In this document: piece by piece, positions 9,306 to 16,522 of the stretch | How the letters are laid out: every line of letters begins with the position of its first letter | How positions within the stretch are numbered: position 1 is the stretch's first letter | Assembly: GCA_964005815.1 (NCBI GenBank) | Contig: CAXFSR010000007.1 | Span: forward strand, 1-27,045 | DNA: 27,045 bases | DNA from: an uncultured Nitrospinaceae bacterium | Lineage (GTDB): Bacteria; UBA8248 | Direction: 5' to 3' | Made by a program: the position numbers and the translations under genes | Notes under the pieces: generated by a model | What the model saw: the letters and a program-made list of their open reading frames with translations, nothing else | Told to the model about the DNA's origin: nothing | Database searches by the model: none

Positions 9306-10574
9306 CTATTGAAAGCGCTTTATATAGAAAGATTTAAGTGCATCTGAAGCATTGTAAATGGGCGTATGTCCCCGCAGTAATATTTGTGTAGATCGTTCGT
9401 ATGCGGCACTAGGCATCGATATATTATCATTTTCGTCCTGCTTGCCTTCGATGGTTGCTTTTAGAATACCTGCCGGATTTGCCATTTTAACCTCATGTTC
9501 CGCTAAGTCTTGACCGAGTACCGAGATGTTTTCAGCAATTTCTTGGGCTACAGTGCCTGGTACTAAACAGCCGGCTGCAAGGCAAGCACCGCCGGTAACC
9601 GCTAGTGACTTATGAGCACCTTGAGGTGTGAAGTAACGCACTCTAATATTGGCACCGAGAGTTTTTTCCTTTTCTGAAGGCGGCGAGATTATACAGGCTT
9701 TTGGAATAGTTTCGCTGACAGCTAATTGTTCAGGGGTTAAGTACTTCCCATCAGTCCCTGTGAGACCCATTTTTATACCTGCTTCTATCCAAATCCGTTG
9801 CAACTTTGTCTTGAAAACTGGATCTGCATCCAAGTCTTCGGGTGACTCTGCTGCCGTTTTACTGAGATCAGTAGCACGGATAATGACCATAGGGACTGCG
9901 AGGTCTAAACAGGAGGCTTCAATGCCGTCAAATATGTCGACCACATTTCCTGTGGGGAGCAATTGGCTTGTCTTGGATCCGACTGGATTTAATAGAGCTA
10001 ATTGTACTCCAGGCCATGTACCCAACACACCAGGTATTTCAGTTGAGGCATCCATAGGTTCACCTGTTTTCGGCATGTCAATCAACGCATGTGCAACTAC
10101 ACCAGTATTAGTATTATGAATACGGATTTTTGATCGGCCTGTTTTCAGCGATATCAAACCCATTTCTTCTGCAAAGATTGGCAGTGCTGCCGACATGTTT
10201 CCACAGTTAACACTCCAATCAATTACTGCTTTTGTTGGCGCAAGTTGAGCGAGCGTGCTGTCGATATCTGCGTCGTCTCGTTCTGACGATTTTACAATAA
10301 AAACCTTACAACTTTGTGGAATTCCACGCCCAAGCCCAGAGATTTGAGTGTTAAAATCCAAATTTCCTTTTATTGGGACGCCCATAATACGTTTTAGAAT
10401 TTCTTCCTGTAGTTTGAGATCGCTTGGTAAATGATCTGCTAAAAGAACGACACCCGTCGTAGTGCCTCCTCGCATATGGTAGACGGGTATTTCCAACACG
10501 CCGTTAAGAAAACGTGGTGACATATCCAGTAAATGTGTATTCTGAACGCTTGTAATAATTTTAGAATCCTCCAA
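9306..10574 (-). CDS. PrpF/LigU-family isomerase (diaminopimelate-epimerase-like fold)
   Basis: MRGGTTTG (cf. MRGGTSKG), NCGNMSAA with catalytic Cys, GSKTSQLLPTGN, HKSLAVTG, NPAG. Start codon uncertain. Confidence 0.87.
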   Translation of the reverse strand: MEDSKIITSVQNTHLLDMSPRFLNGVLEIPVYHMRGGTTTGVVLLADHLPSDLKLQEEILKRIMGVPIKGNLDFNTQISGLGRGIPQSCKVFIVKSSERDDADIDSTLAQLAPTKAVIDWSVNCGNMSAALPIFAEEMGLISLKTGRSKIRIHNTNTGVVAHALIDMPKTGEPMDASTEIPGVLGTWPGVQLALLNPVGSKTSQLLPTGNVVDIFDGIEASCLDLAVPMVIIRATDLSKTAAESPEDLDADPVFKTKLQRIWIEAGIKMGLTGTDGKYLTPEQLAVSETIPKACIISPPSEKEKTLGANIRVRYFTPQGAHKSLAVTGGACLAAGCLVPGTVAQEIAENISVLGQDLAEHEVKMANPAGILKATIEGKQDENDNISMPSAAYERSTQILLRGHTPIYNASDALKSFYIKRFQ

Positions 10575-10612
10575 AAAATGACGACTGACATTTAGTTGAA
10601 AGTCGTCATTTT
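10573..10612 (-). terminator. Rho-independent terminator after the CocE/NonD gene
   Basis: Perfect 12-bp inverted repeat AAAATGACGACT (10575-10586) / AGTCGTCATTTT (10601-10612), ending in T6 on the minus strand, 10 nt after the CocE stop. Confidence 0.75.
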
Positions 10613-10622
10613 CACGTTAAGC

Positions 10623-12350
10623 TCACTTTTTTTTCACTTTACTTTTTTTATTTGGAATAATTGGAAGTAACAAATAACCGGATTGTTTCGGGCCAGAATA
10701 AAGAGTTGTCCTCCCATTGAAAACCTCATTAGAACGGTCGATAGGATGGTCATGAAGAAATGGTCCACATCCACGAGATAGAACATAATCTCCTACAGCA
10801 CGACCTGGTCGATCAAAGTCTTGTCCTGAAATATTTAAAGCAATACGAAATCCCTTCGGCAAAACGATACATTGAGGCCAAATTTCTATATCTAGTTCGT
10901 AAATTTTCTCTGGGCTCAACGGTTGTTTATCATCATGCGTATGATAAGGACGCCAAGGGGTAGAATTTTTTTGATCGAGTTTACGGTGTGATGCACGAAG
11001 ACAACCCTGAGCAAGAGGTGTTTTAGGATCGACTGTTCCTTGAAAGTAAACTTCTTTTCCTTTAGGTGAGAAAGCTTGCATAGTAACAAAGAGATCTGCA
11101 TCTTTAGTAGATGAAGAAATATATAGCTTAGCAGCTAATGGTCCAGTTATTTCTGTTTCTTCTTTTAAAGGTGGAGATAAAATGGTTATTCCACGTGTTT
11201 TCGCGCGAAATGTTTTTGATCGATTTGATTTAGGAGCAGTCCATTCAAGTTTTCCTTTTCCTCCAACGTTTAAAAATAATTTTGTCCACTTTGTGCTTTT
11301 CAATGGCCAGCTACTTTCTTTACGTAAGGTAACTTCTTGCGTAAATGGTTTCCGAAGATTTATCCATACTTTCGGTTCTTTTTTCCAGCCATTCTTTTTG
11401 CCCATCAGGTAATAGTCAAAAAAACGTTTTTGTAATTGCATGCCATACTCTAGATAAAACCATTCTTCGTGTCGTCCTGGATGACATTCCAGCCATTTTT
11501 CTTTTGATGCCGCTTGTGTGAAAGCTTCAAAATTACCACGAGGATGAAGACCAAAACCAGCCCAACTTGCAGCGCTTAGGAATGGAACTGTTACTTTAGA
11601 CCAATCTGGTGAACGTGATTCGTACCAGTCATCATTCATCTCACGTACGAGAAAATTCTCAAGTGTATCTGCTCGGTTTTCTTTTAATTTTTCTTCAGAT
11701 AGGTTTGCTGGGCCAGTTGCTCTTGTTTTCATCCAATGATCTCTTGGACCCTTTGGGTTTCCATGTTGAACCGCTTCTACTTGTCTTGGGTACCAAATCT
11801 CCATAAATTTATTGGATAAGATCCCTCCGTGACGTGCCCAATCTCTGTAGTGATCTGCAGCTCCTTCCCATGGAATCATTGCAGTCAAATGTTTAGGTTG
11901 TAGTGCGGCAACTTGCCATTGATTAATTGCATAATAACTGACGCCATTGAGGCCTACTTTCCCGTTTGACCATCTCTGACGCCCAGCCCATTCTATTGCA
12001 TTTGCGTAATCTTTTGTTTCTCTAGGAGAGAAAATATCAAGATAACCAGGAGAACGGCCTGCTCCTCTTGAGTCAAATCTCACGCATGCATATCCCCAGG
12101 GAACCCAAATCTCAGGATCTACGGTTTCCCAGGTCAACCAACGGTGTTTTGATCCATCTAAGATATTCGGGTGCATTTTAACTAGTGAATCCCATAGTGG
12201 TTTATAATGTTCTTGGTATTTGACTCCTTTACCGTATGGACCACCTGCCATTACGATAGGAACCTTTTTCTTAGTATCTGGTCTATAAACGTCACAACGC
12301 AGTACTAATCCATCGTCCATTTTAATTTGTAAGTCTCGTTCTATGATCAT
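10623..12350 (-). CDS. CocE/NonD family hydrolase (peptidase S15-like)
   Basis: DVYRP, DSRGAGRS, WSNGKVG..GVSYYA nucleophile motif, C-terminal jelly-roll (EITGP, LRASHR). Strong GGGGAGG SD. Confidence 0.92.
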   Translation of the reverse strand: MIIERDLQIKMDDGLVLRCDVYRPDTKKKVPIVMAGGPYGKGVKYQEHYKPLWDSLVKMHPNILDGSKHRWLTWETVDPEIWVPWGYACVRFDSRGAGRSPGYLDIFSPRETKDYANAIEWAGRQRWSNGKVGLNGVSYYAINQWQVAALQPKHLTAMIPWEGAADHYRDWARHGGILSNKFMEIWYPRQVEAVQHGNPKGPRDHWMKTRATGPANLSEEKLKENRADTLENFLVREMNDDWYESRSPDWSKVTVPFLSAASWAGFGLHPRGNFEAFTQAASKEKWLECHPGRHEEWFYLEYGMQLQKRFFDYYLMGKKNGWKKEPKVWINLRKPFTQEVTLRKESSWPLKSTKWTKLFLNVGGKGKLEWTAPKSNRSKTFRAKTRGITILSPPLKEETEITGPLAAKLYISSSTKDADLFVTMQAFSPKGKEVYFQGTVDPKTPLAQGCLRASHRKLDQKNSTPWRPYHTHDDKQPLSPEKIYELDIEIWPQCIVLPKGFRIALNISGQDFDRPGRAVGDYVLSRGCGPFLHDHPIDRSNEVFNGRTTLYSGPKQSGYLLLPIIPNKKSKVKKK

Positions 12351-12443
12351 CGAACACCTCCCCCTTTTTTTTGCGAAAAACTCTAAGCCAAGAACCGAAT
12401 TTTTTAGTTATTAATTAAAGATTATATTTTATTTTTAAGAAAT

Positions 12444-13799
12444 TTAATAATTTTTTTCATTTCTTTTTATTGAAGACAGTATTTTTAAATTTTCTCTATA
12501 TTTAGATACAGTCCTTCTAGAAATAGGAATGCCCATTTCTAGAAGAAGTAAAGATATTTTCTGATCACTAAGAGGTTTTGTCTTATCTTCTTTATTAATC
12601 AATTCACGAATTATATTTTGTATATAACGTGTTGAAATTTCTTCTCCACTTAGATTTGGGATCGAATTATGGAAAAAAAATCTAAGAGAGAGTACTTCTT
12701 TTGAAGGTGTTTCTAAAAATTTTCCATTGATTGTTCTGCTAATTGTAGAAATATGTAGCCCTGTTTCATGTGAAATATCTTCCAATTTCAAGGGTTTTAT
12801 CTCTTGGATACCATTTTCAAAAAAATTGTTTTGATTTTTTGCGATTACAGTTCCTACTCTTAAAAGAGTATCTTTCCAATTTTTAACGCTTTCAATGAAA
12901 TCCTTAGCTTGTCCTAATTTTTCTTTAATATGTTTTTGGTCTTTAAGGTTTAATTTTCCTAGGTCTTTCGATATTTCAACATATTCTTGATTGCAAATTA
13001 GAGGTTTTATCCCATCGGACTTAAATTTTTCTTCATTTAATTTAACATTCATTTTTTCATTTTTGATAGAAATCAAAATATCTGGAATTTTCAATTCCTC
13101 TTTATATTCTACAAAGTCCTCAGCAGGATTTATTTTCAGTTTCTTAATTAGTTCAATAGATTTTTCAATTTCTTCTATTGATACCCGAAATTCTTTAGAC
13201 ATAGACTTTAATGATCTTCTTTTTAATTTTTCCAAGTTGTTCTTTATGAGTTTTTTTGCAAGGAGAATGGTTTTCTTAGGATAAAGATCATTTTGCAAGC
13301 GTTCTATTTGAATATTTAAACATTCGGTTATATTTCTTGCAGCGATCCCAGAGGGTTCTAGATTTTGTAAAATTTTTATTGCATCTACTAAATATTCAAC
13401 AGATATTTTTTTTTCTTTTGCTATTTCTTTTAAATTAAAATCTGTTGGGAAATAGCCATTCTGATTAAGATTATAAATTAGTTCTATAAGTATTGTTTTT
13501 TGTTCACTGGATACCTTCAATTCCCCAATTTGATTTTCAAGGAATTCATAAAAATTAATTTTTTTTGCAATAATTTTTTCCCGATAATTTTCTTTGTATT
13601 CAATTTCATAATTTTCAGTTTTAAATTCTTCGTTTTCGGTACTGTTTTCTTCTAGAGCAGGATTATTTTCTAGCTCATTTGTAATCATTTCTCCAATTTC
13701 TGTGCTTGTAGATGATAGAATACTAATTCTTTGTATCATTTTTGGTGTGATAGAAAGTTTTTGTTCGATTTGTTGTTCAATTTCAAAATTGTTTGACAT
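12444..13799 (-). CDS. rpoN: RNA polymerase sigma-54 factor
   Basis: Region I ending ELENNPALE, LEPSGIAAR, HTH LKLEDIS..TGLHISTISR, PLSDQKI and RpoN box SRRTVSKYRE. Confidence 0.93.
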   Translation of the reverse strand: MSNNFEIEQQIEQKLSITPKMIQRISILSSTSTEIGEMITNELENNPALEENSTENEEFKTENYEIEYKENYREKIIAKKINFYEFLENQIGELKVSSEQKTILIELIYNLNQNGYFPTDFNLKEIAKEKKISVEYLVDAIKILQNLEPSGIAARNITECLNIQIERLQNDLYPKKTILLAKKLIKNNLEKLKRRSLKSMSKEFRVSIEEIEKSIELIKKLKINPAEDFVEYKEELKIPDILISIKNEKMNVKLNEEKFKSDGIKPLICNQEYVEISKDLGKLNLKDQKHIKEKLGQAKDFIESVKNWKDTLLRVGTVIAKNQNNFFENGIQEIKPLKLEDISHETGLHISTISRTINGKFLETPSKEVLSLRFFFHNSIPNLSGEEISTRYIQNIIRELINKEDKTKPLSDQKISLLLLEMGIPISRRTVSKYRENLKILSSIKRNEKNY

Positions 13800-13899
13800 A
13801 ATCGCACCTTGAACTCGTATTATTTTATGTATTACAGTTATGAATTATATCTTATTTATGTTTCCTCAGTAAATTTTTGTAAATAGGAGAGATTTTAAA

Positions 13900-14709
13900 A
13901 TGAAAATCAGCTTTCAGGTAGCAAGTAGTGAAGTTAATACCCCGCGACTTCCAGCTATACAAGGTAATTTTGAAGAAAATTTAGATGTGCTAGCCAAACT
14001 GGGATACGATGGCGTAGAGGTTTCAATGCGCAAACCAGATGAACTGGATTTAAATTTAATTCAAAAACAAGCAGAGAGTCGTGGGATGGAAGTAGCCGCT
14101 GTTCATACTGCAGGAATTGGTTTCCAAGATAAAGTATGGCTTTGTCATCCTGATAAAAATATACGAAAAGTAGCGATGAAACGACTAAAAGGATGTTTAG
14201 ATGCTGCTTCTTTTTATGGTGTAGAAGTAATTATAGGGTCATTTAGAGGCATGCTAAGTGATGGTGAAGAGCGTGAAGAATCATTAAAGTGGATGCATGA
14301 TGCTTTTAAAGAATCCTCAGATTATGCTGCAAGTAAAGGGACTAGAGTTTTATTTGAGCCTCAACATAGGTTTAGTGTTAATTTTGGTTTTACTACACAA
14401 GATGGAATACAATTTATTCAAGAAATAAATAGTCCTGGTATTGGGATTATGCTGGATACTTTCCACATGAATGTTGAAGATACTTCGTTTGCTGCAAGTA
14501 TTTTCGATTGTAAAGATCATCTTGGGATTCTACATATTGCAGATAGTAATAGAATGTATCCTGGTGCTGGTCATATTCCTTGGCGTGATTTAATAAGTGC
14601 TTTGCAGGTAATTGATTACAAGGGTTATTTGTCTTTGCAAATAAAAATGGATCCTGATTTCGAAACAGCTGCGAAACGTGGGATTGATAACTTAAGAAGT
14701 TTGATGTAA
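13900..14709 (+). CDS. Sugar phosphate isomerase/epimerase TIM-barrel protein (IolE/IolO/DTE-like)
   Basis: GYDGVE, FEPQHR, LDTFHMNVE, HIADSNRMYPGAGH. AGGAG SD. Confidence 0.87.
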   Translation: MKISFQVASSEVNTPRLPAIQGNFEENLDVLAKLGYDGVEVSMRKPDELDLNLIQKQAESRGMEVAAVHTAGIGFQDKVWLCHPDKNIRKVAMKRLKGCLDAASFYGVEVIIGSFRGMLSDGEEREESLKWMHDAFKESSDYAASKGTRVLFEPQHRFSVNFGFTTQDGIQFIQEINSPGIGIMLDTFHMNVEDTSFAASIFDCKDHLGILHIADSNRMYPGAGHIPWRDLISALQVIDYKGYLSLQIKMDPDFETAAKRGIDNLRSLM

Positions 14710-14771
14710 TTCGGATTGGAAACCACTTAGTTATAAGTTTTACATTCTAATTTGAAAGGATAGCCTAATAG

Positions 14772-15062
14772 ATGATGAAGAGAATTTCGTTTTATCTCAC
14801 TTTTATTTTTGTTACTTTGGCAATGAGTGTTTCTCTTTTTGCAGCTGAAATCATTTTAAATATTACTGGTATGACCTGACCTTCATCGTGACCTGTAAGG
14901 GTTAAAAGAGTTCTGGAAGAACTCGATGGAGTGAAAAAGGCACGTGTATCTTTTCAACTTAAAGAAGCAATTGTCGAATTCAATGAAAAAAAAGTTAATG
15001 CAAGAAAAATGATAGATGCTCTGGTTTCTGAAGGGTATGGAGGGTCTTTAAAAAAGAGATAA
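14772..15062 (+). CDS. Exported MerP/CopZ-like heavy-metal-associated (HMA) domain protein with two in-frame UGA codons, probable selenoprotein (UxxxU)
   Basis: Manual translation gives 96 aa: MMKRISFYLTFIFVTLAMSVSLFAAEIILNITGMT*PSS*PVRVKRVLEELDGVKKARVSFQLKEAIVEFNEKKVNARKMIDALVSEGYGGSLKKR. TGA at 14877-14879 and 14889-14891 fall at the two Cys positions of the HMA GMTC..CP motif. AAGGA SD at 14756-14760, TAA stop, downstream SECIS-like hairpin. Confidence 0.88.
14908..14924 (+). promoter_or_regulatory. Candidate bacterial SECIS element
   Basis: Perfect 7-bp stem GAGTTCT-GGA-AGAACTC with a G-led loop, 23 nt after the second UGA and 35 nt after the first. Confidence 0.7.
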
Positions 15063-15192
15063 ACGGAAATTAATTTTTATCTTTTAATTTTATTCATAAT
15101 TATTTCAGAATCAAGAGTTAAGATTTTCAAGAATTCTCTTATATACATGAAGAATTTTTTTCCTGAAAAAATTAAAATTTAGGTTTTGAGGT

Positions 15193-16359
15193 TTGAAAAT
15201 TTTTAAAAAAAAGTTTTTTCGAGTTTTTAATATTCTAATTTTATCTTTCGTTTTTATTTCTGAATTCACCAATTTTGCTTTTTCAGAAACTAAAATCGAT
15301 AATCTAAAAAAATATAAAGCCGCTATCTTAGTCGAGGCGGAAACTGGCAAAGTTCTCAATGAGTTTAAATCTAACGAGAAGATGATCCCTGCGTCTATTG
15401 TGAAAATGATGTTACTTCTTTTGGCTTACGAAGCAGAAAGAAAAGGTACTTTTTCATTTGATGAAAAAGTACATATAAGTCTTGATGCAAGTAGGATAGG
15501 TGGCAGTCAAGTATATCTCAAAGAAGGAGAAGTTTTTACACTGAGAGAACTGATAAAAACAGTTGCTATCTCTTCTGCAAATGATTCTGCTCATGCAATA
15601 GCTGAACACATAGCAGGTGATGAAAAAGAAATGGTCAAGTTGATGAACGAAAGAGCAAAATCGCTGGGAATGCATAATACGAAATTCTCAAGTGTTCATG
15701 GTCTTCCTCCAAAAAATTCTTTAAGAGAAGAGGATTATACAACTGCTTTTGATACGGCTATTTTGGCTCGGGAATTAGTTAAGTTTTCAGAAGTTCTTAA
15801 TTTTTCTAAGAGGCAAATAGATTCGTTCAGGGATGGGAAATTTGTTCTTTACAATACAAATCGGAAATTATTAAAAACATTCAAAGGGTTAGATGGTTTA
15901 AAAACTGGATATTATACGAAGTCCGGCTACAATCTATGTGCGACTGCTAGAAGAGGGTCGATGAGATTAATTTCTGTAGTTTTTGGAGCTTCTAACAAAA
16001 AGGCAAGAGACAGAGAGACAAAGAAACTCTTACTTGGAGGTTTTAGAGTTTATAAAAAGCATAGTTTGTTTGTGAAACATCAATCAGTTGGTGAAGCAAT
16101 TCCAGTCTCATGGGGGAGAAAGGATAAAATAAGAGCAGTCACTTCAGAGCCAATTTCTCTTGTTATTAAAAGAATTAGATTGAAGGAATTTAAGACTCAG
16201 TTCGTTTTGCCTAAATCTTTAAAAGCACCTTTAAAGAGAGGGCAGAAAATTGGCGTTTTGAATGTAATGATGAATGGCAATCTTATTGCTTCTACCTCTT
16301 TAATTGTTCCAGAAGAAATTCCTGCAATGGGTTGGATAGAATGGTTGATGTCTAAATAA
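15193..16359 (+). CDS. D-alanyl-D-alanine carboxypeptidase (PBP5/DacA family, peptidase S11)
   Basis: Signal/anchor, PASIVK (SxxK), SAN (SxN), HGL, KTG, and PBP5 C-terminal domain (LKAPLKRGQKIG). Confidence 0.93.
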   Translation: MKIFKKKFFRVFNILILSFVFISEFTNFAFSETKIDNLKKYKAAILVEAETGKVLNEFKSNEKMIPASIVKMMLLLLAYEAERKGTFSFDEKVHISLDASRIGGSQVYLKEGEVFTLRELIKTVAISSANDSAHAIAEHIAGDEKEMVKLMNERAKSLGMHNTKFSSVHGLPPKNSLREEDYTTAFDTAILARELVKFSEVLNFSKRQIDSFRDGKFVLYNTNRKLLKTFKGLDGLKTGYYTKSGYNLCATARRGSMRLISVVFGASNKKARDRETKKLLLGGFRVYKKHSLFVKHQSVGEAIPVSWGRKDKIRAVTSEPISLVIKRIRLKEFKTQFVLPKSLKAPLKRGQKIGVLNVMMNGNLIASTSLIVPEEIPAMGWIEWLMSK

Positions 16360-16522
16360 CTATTCTAAGAAAATCTTTTCCTTTGTTGTTCATTAATTCT
16401 TTGTTTGACTAACGTTATTCGTTATGTTACATCCTCCTTATTATTTTAACTTGAATCTTTTATACGACTAGGGCGTGTTGCGTCCTTTATTATTTTGATT
16501 CTCATTATAGGAGAATATAAAA

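Noticed and set aside
12373..12390. Sigma-54 promoter (TGGC...GC, minus strand) upstream of the CocE gene
   Set aside because: GG to GC spacing is 13 nt rather than the required 10.
9140..12443. Integrative element inserted at tRNA-Lys
   Set aside because: No integrase or transposase, and I found no duplicated tRNA 3' end (att site) by eye. Only a compositional hint remains.
14877..14891. Genome-wide UGA reassignment (Trp or Gly) as the explanation for the in-frame TGAs
   Set aside because: TGA terminates full-length genes at 10623, 21245, 22056 and 23960, other CDS show no internal TGA, and the two TGAs align to Cys positions.
14772..15062. HMA pseudogene
   Set aside because: Both stops hit only the ligand codons, and the frame, SD, signal peptide and a SECIS-like hairpin are intact. 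Not fully excluded without finding the sel genes.
16360..16522. Known SAM riboswitch class upstream of metY
   Set aside because: No recognisable SAM-I, SAM-II or SAM-V consensus. Kept only as an unassigned structured leader.
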